A stretch of DNA of 63,932 nucleotides, filler included, from Reclinomonas americana ATCC 50394 (taxonomy: Eukaryota): assembly GCA_048213135.1 (NCBI GenBank). It is 15 parts of 15 records of this genome, joined end to end, with 100 filler letters (N's around TTAATTAATTAA, not from the genome) between each part and the next. Parts side by side here need not be neighbours in the genome. Positions count along the whole stretch, not along the records: positions 51,621 to 58,865 come from AFZH01021086.1; positions 58,966 to 60,567 come from AFZH01021087.1; positions 60,668 to 62,470 come from AFZH01021089.1; positions 62,571 to 63,932 come from AFZH01021103.1; 11 more parts are not named here. One strand, written 5' to 3'. Below, piece by piece: positions 51,970 through 63,932 of this stretch. Position numbers and translations under genes: made by a program. Each line of letters opens with the position of its first letter. Positions within the stretch are counted from its first letter, which is position 1. The notes under the pieces were generated by a model that saw nothing but the letters and a program-made list of their open reading frames with translations, did no database searches and was not told where the DNA came from.

Positions 51970-54900
51970 AAGCACACACGCACACGCACAGATTCCCTTT
52001 CTGTTTCTCTGTTTTTCACGCACTCACACACAACGCACGCGTGGTATTTCTTCTTGCAACACTACCTGCTTGCCATTCACAGGTGGCGTGGATCGACGCG
52101 TTGTGTTTTTTCGCCGTGCACATGTCCGCGTTCGCCACAGTCATGTCACCAATGGTGTTGGCGGGCACGGGCGAAAACGTTTTTCTCGCCGCCGCACTGT
52201 TACCTCAGGTAACTACACTCCGCTGGTGTTATTGATGTTGTCTACCAATGCGGCAGCGAGTGACCGTTTCAAAACCGACACACATTCTCTCTTCTCTCTT
52301 CCCTCGTGTGTGTTGCAGATGTTGACGCTGTCGCGCTTCCATGTGATCTTCGGCTACATTTCGATCTTTGTGGCCGGCCTCCTCGCGCAAGTGGTGCTGC
52401 TGTGGTGGTTGTCCAAGTCGAAAAAGACGGAGTCACAAACCGGTTCTGGACAAATCACTGGCAGCAGTGGAGGCTTGCACAGCATTCTGAGTGCCGCCTT
52501 GCGTGTGCAGGTGCACACCTACTCTTCCTCCCTCCCTCCCTCCCTCCCTCTCACTCTTTCCGCTTCCCCGTTTTGTCTCACGACACACACTCTTGCAGAT
52601 TGCTCTGGCTGTTGGCCCGTTTCTAACGGCCATTGCCCTCGTCTTGCTCCGGCCGTTGCACTGCGACTGGATCTCACTGCAGAACCTCAGCGTCATCACG
52701 AACGATCATGCGGGCCATGCAACGTGGAGTTGCGTACTTTACATACCACGAAAAGAGAAATTTGCGAACACTGAAAGCATCTCTGTGTGTGTACTGCGCA
52801 GCGTGTACGGAGGGCACCAACCTCGTACTCGGCGTCACGGGCATCCTTATGACCTTCTTCTTTGGGGTCCTCGCGATCCTTGTGCCGTTCATGTTGCGTG
52901 GTTTCCGTATCGATCCTCCCATTTTTCGGTTTCTCATTGTGGCGCCCCAGCTCGCTGGACTTCCGCCCGGCCTCCCGCTTGTGGACGGCCGGATTCCTGA
53001 GTGGACGATTCCTGGCCGCACTCAACGTGTTCCGCATGCTCCTTGTTGTCTCCCACACCTACGCCGCCCATCATGCGCCTCTCTTGCATTTGGGAGTGTG
53101 CGCCTGTGGTGCGCTGGTGCTGCTGATCGTCGCGGTGCGCTACGTGCCGTTCTTTGTGGTGGCCGCCAGTCGCATTTCCACTTGCTGGTGCCTCGCGATT
53201 CTGTGCGCCGCCGGTGGATGTGCGGCGGCCGTCCTCGTGCCCGCAGTGACGAAGAGCAGCCTCGGAGAGAAGATTGCCACGCCGGCCATTACGGTAGGCG
53301 CCGTGCTGCTGGCACTGCCGATTGGCCTGTTGGCGCATTGGCTGCAACAGCGCTACATCAGTCGACGCACCAACAAGTTCATCGACGGCACACTTGACGG
53401 CAATGCCACGAGCAGCAAGGGAAGCAGCAAGAGCATGCTGCTCTCTCCGACGGAGCGCTACTTGGTATGTTGACACCTGTTTCTTCCCCCCCCCCCCCAA
53501 TGCATCTCCAACACGCTAACATGCATACATGCATGCAACACAGCGCGGAGCCAGTCGATCCAACATGGGCAAGAGAGTGACTGTGGAAGAAGACACCGAA
53601 GAGACGGCCTTGCGGCATCTCTTCCCGTCGCCGTGGTCCGTGGAAATCGCCGCTCGCCTCCCACCGGCGAACACGCTCGAGCCGTGGGCGCGCGCCATGG
53701 ACTTGTTTGAACTCGGTATGTGTCTGCTTCCATCTCTTTGCATGCCTTTGTTGTGTTCCACAGCGCTGATGAATGTTCACGCAGGCACATTCCGCTTCAG
53801 TGATGACGACTCTGCCGCGTCACTCACGGTGCAGCTGCTGCACGCAATCTATCTGTGGAACTACAACGTAGACATTGACCGAGCGCAGCAAGTGATTGCC
53901 GAGGTGGCCGCGCAAGACGAGGCCAAGCATCTCCTCCCGATGGACCTGCATCGAATCGTGCAGGTGGCGGCCAACTCGTTCAGCACCAACGACGACTCGT
54001 TCAAGGAGGCCTCGTTCAATGCTCGCCTTGCTGCGCTGCACCACGAATGGTGTCAGTGCTACGTCATCAACATTGCAACGTGGCGCAACCTGGAGACTGT
54101 AGGCCATCGCACAGGTCCGCGCTCGTGTCTGCAGTTTACTCTCGCGGTCGACATCTCGATCTCTCTTCACTCACCAGCTCTCGTTCACAGACGAGAAGCT
54201 CTTGTCGCTTCTTCTCTCGTTGCGGGAGCAAGAGGCGACCACCGAACGCCTCTTCAAGTCTATGATGAAGGACTTTCCCAACAATGCCGACCTCGTGTCC
54301 TTGTATGGCATGGTTTGTCGGGAGTTGAAGCTCACCAGGCCAGTGGAGGCTGCGCTCACTCGCTTCTGAACGCAGTTCACCTCTGAGATCAAGAACGACA
54401 CCCATGAAGGCCAACGACTGGACGAAGTCGCCGATGCGATGACCACCGAGTCCGGCTTGAACAACAAGACTCGCACCGCAGAGCGCGAGTACGAAGTGAT
54501 GGAAGCCGTACAGGTTCGTGCAACAGCATCACTCTCTGTCAAACGCGCAGCGCTCACGGTTGGGTGTTCTGTTGTGCAGAAACTTCGGTCGTTTGCAACC
54601 AGGAGCGTCAGAGGCCGTCGAGGTAGCGCGGTGGAGGGCATCGATGTGTACGATGTACTCGATCTTGACCGTTGTGAGGGTCGTGACATGGATGCGAAAG
54701 GCATGTCTGCGCTCCTTTTTCTGCACTGCTTCTGCTGTCCTCCCTCATTCGACACACGTACAGTGCAAAGTCTCGGGCGCCGACTGAGCACCACCAATGA
54801 TGTTTTGACAGCTTCGACAGAGACCCTCACGGAATCAACAATGTCGATGGAGAGCGATGGCGTGCCGCAAGGTGTGTACCACTTGGCAGTTGTTGAGAAC

Positions 54901-57900
54901 GGCGCGCGAACGACATTGATGTCCTTCCTTACCATTGTTGCACGCAGTCGAACAGTGGACCACAACCCGTCTGAATGACACTGGCCCACGTCAGCCTGCG
55001 CCGGCTCGCCGAAAGCAATCCGTCATAGGTCCGGGTGATCGACGCAACACGGTTATCGGCATTGATCGCAAGCAGTCGGTTGCCGCCTTCCGCAGACAGT
55101 CGGTGGTCGGTAGTCTCTACAACGTGAGTTGTCACCAGCAGTGCGGTCTTTGTCTGTCAGCAGTGCGGTCTTTGTCTGCCAGCCACTTTGGCTCGCTCTT
55201 ATTTATTGTTTGCCCACCAGGTCACGGAGCACGTTGCTCGCCACAGTGAGTCATGCAGAAGCAAGCATCTTGTTGAGTCCGCCCACTAATCTTTACCGCT
55301 CAGTTGATCCAGTGGACACCGACAGTGACTCGGAGGCATCCAGTGGGCACGGATCAAGTACTGGACAGAGGTTTTGTTTCCAATCTCACCATGCGTGCAT
55401 TCGCCCTCGACTCAGTTCTTTTCGAACTCAGCTCTCGCCCCTCTGGCTCCCGAATGAGCATGGACACTGATTTCTCGACACTCTCTTCCTTCCGGCACAC
55501 CATTGCACGCGAAAAAGTGAGTGTCAGCAACGCTTGGTGAATGCAGCTTTGTACACAACCACCATCAAACTCATGCGACAGAATCCAACCATGGACCGTG
55601 CCATGTGGGCTCTGTTCCTCACGGGCCTCGTCTTCTTTGTGGCGCTGGCCTTTGCTGGCGCCGCTTCAAAGACAACCATGAAGGAGACGTACCGTCGCCA
55701 CGAAGTGTATGAAGTCGTGGCCGATGCCGGGTGCGTTTCACCGTTTCAGTGTAAGTTGCGACTGCTGTTGCTTACTCTCTTGTGTGCAGTGTTTACGCCA
55801 CAAGGGCTAGCATTTCTGCTCTCCAGATGCACTACTATGCCAAAACGAACATGCCTTCGATTTCTGAAGAGAGAGTGGAAGAACTGCGAGACTATATTCA
55901 CGAAAACTGCACGACTATACGAGAGTCGCTGGATGTGCTGAACACGTTGACGTTGCGTCTGTTGAAATAATGTGTGTACGTGTGTCATCCTGTTGCTCAC
56001 CACCGCGTCTGGTGAGAACAGTGAGCAATACGACAACGAATTCATCTTCGCCAACGTCTTCACTCTCTTGTTCGACTCGAAGACTACCTACGCCGGACGA
56101 AAGCTGCAGATGCACTTTGATACTGTGACAAAGCACTATGATGACCTGATGGTTTGCTCCACTCTCCAACTGCCCCACGTCTGTCGCTGTGACCTCATCC
56201 AGCATTGCTTGCGTGCGCAACAGCTTTACGCACAACAGTCGTACCAGAACGCCGGTACACCGTCGCTGCAGATGCCTGCATTTGCGGAGGGTATGAATAA
56301 TGCGATTTCGTCCAAGGAGGCGTGGTACGAGGTTGCAGACGAGCTGGTGGATCACATTGTAGTCCATGGACTGGAGATGAAGACGATCTTGTGGATTCAG
56401 ATGGGAATTGTGGTCAGGTGCGTTGCCCGCTGTCTTGCCTTCTCCCCCCTGTATTCATGTATCGCTCATTGTCATTTTACAACTCAGCGTCATTGGTGCT
56501 GTGGTATTTGGACTGTTTCTGCCGGCGGTGGTGATGGTGCGCAACAAGCTCAACGAGGGACTGGCCACGTGCCGGCTCGTACCCAAGAAGGAAGCAGCAC
56601 AAATGCGACAGCGAGTGCAGGCTCAGTATTTGAACTATCTGGACCTGTCGGACAAGGCCCGCAATGTTGCGTCTCTGCGATCAAGCAGCACTGTGTTTCT
56701 GGCAGGCGCTTATTGTGTAATCGTTATACAGGGAGTGCATCCGTCCACTGTGGTCAAGTCCAAGTACTTGCCGACACAATGCTTACGAGCGGACATGCAG
56801 TTCCTGCACAGCCTAACCTTCCGCAGTGTGGTGGTGCTGTTGGTGGTCATTGCCACCATCATGACGATGAAGTTGCGTGCCATGCATGGAGAAGGGAGAG
56901 TGTGTGAGTACCGTGTCGCTCACATAGTGTGGCGTGCTCGTGGACAAAAGCTGGACATCGACAGAAATCGCCGCCACCACATCGCATGCCATGCACATTG
57001 TGGATTTCCTGATGCAGCGGACGGCCGACATTGACGCAATGACGTTTGCGGTGTGGCAGCACACCACGCCGGACGGGTTGCTGTCACCGGACGACACACT
57101 GGCGAGATTAGCAGCGCAAGTGAGCAAAGCAGAACAGTCGTCGGTGGCTGCACTGGCCGTGGCCGACAAGGGTGGGCTTAATCCGGCCACTGACGATCTC
57201 GAGCACGCTATGCTGTACGGCGTACGGTGCCGACCGGAGGATCTTGCTGCCATCACAGGGCCAGTGTGGCGGGTGGATGTCGATTGTCTGCCGATGAATT
57301 CATTGGTTTGTTTGCAAGAGGCGCATGGGTGCGCTCAGCACGCACAACTCACTGACAACTATTTGCCTTTTACATCAGATTAACAAGATAGTCGCAGGGG
57401 CGCGAGACATTGCCAATGCCGGAACTCGTGTCGGACCAGCCGAAGTGGATCTACGCGATATGATTTTTGCCGCGCACACCCTGATACATGATCAGTACCT
57501 CATCGAGAGCTCTGACGTGAGTGGCGCGGCGGCTCAAGGCATTATCTTTCACGATTGTGCTCACGTCTGCGTGCAGTTATTCAAGATCTCGTACGAGCAC
57601 TACATTTTCCCTTTGTTGGTTCTCGGACAAGCAATGGTGGGTCTGGGAATCGGCGTTACAGCGATTGGTTTCTTCTACTTGTTGGCGCCGTTGTTGCGCG
57701 TGTGCGACGAGGAGCTGCGGTACTTCAAGAAGTTTGTGGCCGCACTGCCTTCGGCCGCCATCAACTCGGTGCCTGAGTTGCAAAAGGCTCTCCTCCCTCG
57801 TTGCGTGGCGACATGATGTCTTGTGTTTCTTGTATGAGGGTGAAGAAACACTCAATATGCAAATTCGCGTGGTGATCGCTCGCAGACTCACTGCTGGTGT

Positions 57901-58986
57901 CGATTCAACTCAACCAAGAGCTCAACGAGAGCGAATACATGTTCCGCGGCTTGACGTCGTGTTGCGTAACTTTTTGGATTCACTCGTTCAGCCCTCTCAG
58001 CTGTGTCTGCCTGTCTTACATTTTGACTGTGTGATATCAGTGTTTGGACTTGTTCTTACTTCAGAGGCGGTGAGGAATGCACACAAGAACCTGATTGCTT
58101 GCAACTCCAAACAGCACACTTACGCTGCATATTGCAGCTTATTGTCGAGTCTGTCAACAAGTCTTTCACGCGGATGCTCGGATATCCAGCCGACGCCATC
58201 GTGGGCTCGCACATCAAGGTGAATCACTGTGAATGTGCTGACTGGTAGCACCAACTTGGATACTCACGCATATTTGCAGGCCATCATTCCGCCAAACATG
58301 CACGCCTCACACGATGCACATGTTGCTCGACACATGAGCCAATCGGGAATGGCCGGTGCTCGAATTCTGCGTGTGGACAGACCGACAATGGTTCGTGATT
58401 ATGTTTGCACTTTTGCCTCTTGTTTCCGAGCTAATCAGGATGACATTCGTTCCTTCAGGCCCGTCATCAAAACGGCAGTGACATTCACGTTCGCGTCATC
58501 GTCATCGAAGTCATGGTGAACGGTCGCCGTCTGTTCGCTGCCATGCTGCACGATATCAAGGATAAAAAACTGAAGGCCGAAACAGTTCATCGAGCGCAAG
58601 CAAAGGTAGCTTGTTGCTGTGCACCTTGCAATCTAATCGTCTCTAAGCCCTGACTTTCTTTTGGGCCCAGGTGACCTCCATGTTGTCCACCATGCCACAA
58701 GCCACCATCATCAGCGACGCCACCGGCATGATCCACAACGTCAATGGAGCCGCTGTCGATCTGTTTGGATACGGCAAGCCCAGCGATCTTACCGGGCATC
58801 ACATCCGCATGCTAATGCCCGCACCACACTCGGAGCGCCACGATTCGTTGCGTGATCTGTCTGATNNNNNNNNNNNNNNNNNNNNNNNNNNNNNNNNNNN
58901 NNNNNNNNNTTAATTAATTAANNNNNNNNNNNNNNNNNNNNNNNNNNNNNNNNNNNNNNNNNNNNGTCGTCGTCGTCGTCTACTCG

Positions 58987-59070
<84 letters not shown>

Positions 59071-60567
59071 CATTGCACGAACAGATACATCTCCTCGTAC
59101 ATTACGCGGCACCCACACAGTGCTGATATGAAGCACCGAGAGGCCAAGTTGCGGCGGCAGTCCACACATTCTCCATCATCTGCCTTTTCAGGGAACTCAC
59201 AGTCGAGCACACGTGTAGATTCCGCGACGTGCAGGGACTGCGCAAGAACGGCACCGTGATTCCGCTCCGCTACCACACTGTGGATGTGACAGTGAACAGC
59301 CAGCGGTACTTCCTGGCAGTGCTGCACGACAATGTCAGCGAGGCACAAGTCCGAGCCGGCTACGAAGAGCGCATTGACCGACTTAGTGGCATGCTGTCGA
59401 CCTCCAATGATGCAGTTGCGTTTCTGTGTTGGTCTGCTATTCATTTCACATCGCTCACCTGCACGTGTGCGTGTGTGTAGATCTTGTGGGTCGACCAAAA
59501 TGGCATGATTCAATGGTGCAACGCATCCGTGTCGCGCCTGCTCGGCTACTCGACCGAGGAGCTCACTGGTACATGCTCGCGTGCAGTGCTCGATGCCGTA
59601 GGGTGATTTTTGAGACTTACGTTTCTTCGGTGAACACAGCCAATCGTCAAACGTCAGTGCACGATGTGCTGCGGCCACTGAGCACCGTCGAGTTGCAGAG
59701 TGGAGCAATCATGGAGGCGGAGCTGTTCCGGAAAGATGGACAACAGTTGCGTCGGCACGGCCATTGTGTGGCGATGGCATGTCATGACAAGAGTGTGCGT
59801 ATTCAGAGTGCGGCTGGTGGTGCGCGGTATGCACACGGTGGAAGCTGGTGAGGTGCACACGATTGTGCGTGTTTCAGAGCCGAATGCGCAGCTGGTGCAC
59901 ATCCACAAGCAGGAGCAACACAATGACAGATTGCAGGAGGTGTGTTGTGTGTGTGTGTGCCTCTTTTCGTTGTTGATTGTGTGGTATTCGCGCGAACTCA
60001 CACGGGCTGCTGTTACACAGCTATTGCGCATGTCGTTTCCGGCGGCAGCACTGGACAAGATCACAGCGTTGTCGAAGGACGAGGCGCAAGCGATGCTGAG
60101 GACGGTGAGCTCTTGAGTTTTGCATTTCGTGTGAATTCACGCGCTCACTGGAGAAGCAGGATATCGACGAGTCGCGATCACCGATGTGCACCATGTTCGA
60201 GTACCACGAAGAGGCGACGTGCATCTTTATCAAGATGGTGTCGGTGCAGCGGGTGGTGCCCGAGAGTGGTGCGTTTTGCTTTGATGAAGCACGAACTGGA
60301 CAGCTGGCTGAAATGCAAATGTTTCCCTTGCAGGCGATGTCGTGGCCCTGCCGCTGGTCGACAAGATCTGTGTGTTGCACGAGTTGTTCACGGCATTCGA
60401 CGCACTGGTGCGACGACACAATGTGGAGCGCGTGAAAACGATTGGTGAGTGCGGCGTGTGGTCAACGTTTGAGCATTGTTGTACGCATCACCCTCACCAC
60501 AACTCGAACATGCGTGCAGGATCCGCGTACCTGGCGGTCTCTGGCATGTATGTCCCACGACACGATC
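51797..60567 (+). CDS. TmcB/TmcC-like multipass membrane protein with at least 3 PAS domains and a class III nucleotide-cyclase-like domain (3' truncated)
   Basis: Hydrophobic clusters at about 52080-53350 and 55590-57710. PAS motifs VNKSFTRMLGY..IIPPNMHASHD, NVNGAAVDLFGY..LMPAPHSERHDSYI..GLRKNGTVIPL, and WCNASVSRLLGYSTEEL. Cyclase motif LHELFTAFDALVRRHNVERVKTIGSAYLAVSG. Spans the gap at 58866-58965. Confidence 0.85.
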
Positions 60568-60783
60568 NNNNNNNNNNNNNNNNNNNNNNNNNNNNNNNNN
60601 NNNNNNNNNNNTTAATTAATTAANNNNNNNNNNNNNNNNNNNNNNNNNNNNNNNNNNNNNNNNNNNNAAACGAGGCTTATGAATGCAAAAAATGGGGAGA
60701 GGTGGGATGTAATCTTGGCAAGAGAAGGCAGCAAGGGAAAAAAACACACACAAGAATCAACCAACAAGATGTCGACAGCGACA

Positions 60784-62470
60784 TTAATCACCACCACCGC
60801 CGCCGCCGCCGTCGCCACCTCCACCACCGTCTCCGCCGCCACCGCCGCCATCGCCACCGCCGCCGCCTCCGTCGTAGCCGCCGCCACCGCCATCGTAGCC
60901 ACCACCGCCACCGTCGTAGCCACTGTCACGACCACCGTCGTAGCCAGTGTCGCGGCCACCGTCGTCGCGGCCGTAGTCGCCAGCCATGCCGTCGTGGTGA
61001 TCGGTGCCGCCGCCCCCAGAATAGTCGAAATCACCACCATGGTGGCCGCCATCCTGCACGACGACGATGAGGACAAGAGAAAAACCAAGCTGCCTTCGCC
61101 TGCTAGCAACTGTGACGCAACGCCGTGGCCACCGTCGCCGCTATCGTGGTGATGCTGCGCGCCAACATCCGTGTCACCAAAGTCCTGTGCTCGCCTGTGA
61201 GTACGAGACGCTGCCGTGAAGTGTGCGGGTCGACGGGACGCACCTGGACTGGACCGGAGCCGCCGCCCCACGTATCGTTCCAGTTCGAGTCGCCATTGTC
61301 CCCGCCGACAATGCCAACATCGCCACCACCATCGTAGGCGTCGTAGCCGGCCATGGCGATGAAGCCGGCACCAATGAACAGCGCATCGTCTTCGCCTTGC
61401 TGTCGCACTGCAGTCGGACGATGAGCACCAGAAAGAGAGAGAGAGAGAGTGAACAGGGAGGAGAAGATGAGGAAGTGAGAGAAACAGTGTGCGAGAGAGA
61501 CAAAGAGGGAGAGAATCAAAGAGCAAGTATGGGAGAGAGAGAGAGAGAGACATGTTGGCCCACTGACCAGTCGTGTACACAATTCGAGCACGAGCAAGCG
61601 ACGTTGCCGGCAGCCGTCCGGCCACCAGAATCGTGCGCGAGTCGTACCAGCGCATGTTGGGAGGCGGGCATCGTGCCAGCTCAGATGGCTCCGGCCACAC
61701 CGTGGGCGGGCGCTCTTCCACCGGGAAGAACTCGTGATACGTGGCGTGTGCCATCTTGTACTGACCGCTGGGCGTCAAGTCGTAGACGGGATTCACGCGA
61801 TGCAGGAAGCGGCCTGGTGCAGCAACCACACGCACAAGTTAGTCACAGGGGAGGAGGGAAGTACATAGACAAGCCGCACCAAAAATGGCGGTGCAGAAGC
61901 GCGCGTAGTTGGCGGATGCAATGTGCGTGCGCCACACGTGGTCGATTTCCGGAGGCGGTGCCAGCACATGGTTCGTGGTCATGGCGTACATGAAGATGAA
62001 CCTGTCCACCCGAGGGAGAGAGAGAGGAGGGAGGGATAGAGGGAGGGAGGGGAGGAAGGGAGACACCAAGGGAGAGAGAATGGCAGAGAGAGAGAGAGAC
62101 GCCAGCCATGCATCAGTTCCCGGCTTCACAAAGAATACACGCGACAAGACGCACCTGCGGTACTCGGTGACCAGCACGGCCACTTGCTCGCCGGTGACGC
62201 ACAGCTCGCGTCCAAGGCGTCGCTCGAAACTCATCTCACTGCCCTCGAGAACACCGTCGGTCTCCGAAAAGTTCCAGAACACGAGGTGCTCCCACACGTC
62301 GGCATGATTTGCGTGGCCGCGCAGGCTGCGCAAAACATGCTGCTTGTCGTACGGCGGAAAGCGGAACGAGGCCGAACGTGCGAGCAGTTCATCGACGAGT
62401 GGCGCGTCGTCCGGGCGCGTCACGCTCAGATTGGTGTCGATCTGGATGAGATAGTTCTCGACATTGTCTG
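60784..62470 (-). CDS. DUF1399/GRDP-like protein with Gly/Asp/His-rich tail (5' truncated)
   Basis: EYRRFIFM..APPPEIDHVWRTHI..YARFCTAIFGRFLH..YHEFF..PTVWP matches the family pattern. Tail of (GY)DGGGGG repeats ends at 60784. Confidence 0.8.
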
Positions 62471-62570
62471 NNNNNNNNNNNNNNNNNNNNNNNNNNNNNN
62501 NNNNNNNNNNNNNNTTAATTAATTAANNNNNNNNNNNNNNNNNNNNNNNNNNNNNNNNNNNNNNNNNNNN

Positions 62571-63145
62571 TCGCCGGTGTCGTGGCTGAAGCGGCCGAGG
62601 CGGGCGCCGGTGTTGAGCGCCCGGATCGCATTGGCGGAGAGCGAGCCGAAGCTCATTGCCGAAATGTTGAAGACCGAAGCCGAATAGGGCTGCCGGCACT
62701 GGCCGTTACCGATGGTGATGCGGAAGCTCTCGGGATCCGAGACCGGTGCCGGCCGGGTCGAATGGCCGATGAATTCGTAGCCGTCTCTGTAGACGTCGAG
62801 CAGCGTGCCGAAGGGATGGTCGCCGGCGAGGTTCTTGGCGCGGCGATAGACCAGCGAGCGCTGCGAGCGCGAGAATGGCGCCGCCTCCTCGTCCGCCTCG
62901 AACAGGTACTGGCGCAGCTCTGGCCGGACCAATTCTGCGAACCAGCGGATATGGCCGATCACCGGATAATTGCGCTGGATGGCGTGCTCGGTCTGGGCGA
63001 GATCCCAGAGACCGAGCAGCGCCAGCAGCAACGCCAGCAGGCCGGGCAGCCAGAGCCAGGGATGGCTGAAGGCCAGCGGGATCGTGACGAGCGCGACCAG
63101 GATGCAGAGGGTGAGGGTGGTGAAGCGGCTCAGTCGCAACGTCAT
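62571..63145 (-). CDS. Bacterial FMN-binding glutamate synthase family protein, N-terminal part
   Basis: Intronless, with N-terminal TM helices, HAIQRNYPVIGHIR, RPELRQY, PFSRSQRSLVYRRAK, and FNISAMSFGSLSANAIRALNTGA..HDTG. Confidence 0.92.
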
Positions 63146-63245
63146 GTCCAAGGCCCGTCCGAACGAGGAGGCTGACAGCCTCCAGCTTCGAGCCAGTGTA
63201 AAGACGCCTGCGCCGACGGCCAGCCCCTTCCAACCCCCTTGCCTC

Positions 63246-63932
63246 TCAGTCGGCGCGCACGCTGCCGCTCTCGGCACTGACGCGGCCGAACAGGTCGCGG
63301 GCGCGGATGCGGTAGAAGCCAGCCCCGACGCTGCTATCGAGATAGACGCTGGAGAGTAGGCCGACCGGGTTGATCACCTGCCAGGGGCCGCTCTCGCCGG
63401 CGCTCCAGAGCACGTCGAAGAGCTGGACGCCCTCATAGGGCGCCGGCTCCCAGAACAGCACGCGGTTCTCGCCGTTGAGGCCGCCGAAGCGGCTGATCCT
63501 GGGAGTGGAGGGCGCGGCGGGCGCGGCATCATCACGACGGACCAGCGCGACCAGCGCCACAGAAGGCAGCGGCATGTCGAGCTTCAGCTCGTGCTCGGCT
63601 TTGGCGCCCCCGATCTGGAAATGCTCGATGCTCAGGGCCGGTTCCTGCGCCATCCGCATCGCTGCGAGCTCGGCTGCGTTCGGCAGATCGGGCGCCCCGA
63701 GGTCTTCCCAGACGGTGAAGGGGTCGCCCTTGCCATGGGCGATGCGGAAGCTGGCGAGCGCATAGGCGCCGGGCTGCAGTCCGGAAAAATCGAGCGCGAC
63801 CGTGCTCTCGCCCGACTGCCAGATGCGGTCGACGCTGTTGTAGAGCAGGACGCTGGCGCCGGAGGGCTTCTCGCCGCGTCCAAGCGCTGTCGCGATCGCG
63901 CCGAGGCCTACGCGGTCGGGATCGAGGCCCTG
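63246..63932 (-). CDS. Bacterial GH39-like (alpha-L-iduronidase/beta-xylosidase-like) glycosidase C-terminus with FN3-like domain (5' truncated)
   Basis: Frame is open from the window end: ..DPFTVWEDLGAPDLPNAAELAAMR..LPSVALV..GFYRIRARDLFGRVS. This resembles the GH39 W..MG.P..P motif and the iduronidase C-terminal domain. Confidence 0.65.
   Translation of the reverse strand, partial: QGLDPDRVGLGAIATALGRGEKPSGASVLLYNSVDRIWQSGESTVALDFSGLQPGAYALASFRIAHGKGDPFTVWEDLGAPDLPNAAELAAMRMAQEPALSIEHFQIGGAKAEHELKLDMPLPSVALVALVRRDDAAPAAPSTPRISRFGGLNGENRVLFWEPAPYEGVQLFDVLWSAGESGPWQVINPVGLLSSVYLDSSVGAGFYRIRARDLFGRVSAESGSVRAD

Overview
The window is 15 sequence segments joined by 14 artificial 100-bp spacers (N44-TTAATTAATTAA-N44). 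Segments 1-14 (1-62470) are compact, intron-rich, microsatellite-rich eukaryotic DNA, probably from a protist. Six genes continue across spacers, so these segments look like an ordered scaffold. Genes were spliced by hand, in order: a decayed RLE-type non-LTR retrotransposon, an LRR-HEPN-like-kinase gene, two head-to-head multipass membrane genes, G-protein beta, two hypothetical genes, eIF2D, a FAAP100-like gene, a large BEACH/WD40 gene, another hypothetical gene, a divergent ARF-like GTPase, a ubiquitin-like+PH gene, a myristoylation-motif EF-hand gene, a TmcB-like multi-TM/PAS/cyclase-like gene and a DUF1399-like gene. The last segment (62571-63932) is intronless, GC-rich and bacterial in character (GH39-like C-terminus plus an FMN-binding glutamate synthase family gene). 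The best candidate for a novel system is the single-chain LRR + RxxxxH HEPN-like + kinase protein. Also notable are a recurrent shifted 5' splice-site class (GTTGCGT / GTTNNGT) and two apparent pseudo-enzymes (the ARL and the cyclase). Family assignments come from motif recognition by eye, not database searches, and exon boundaries are manual.
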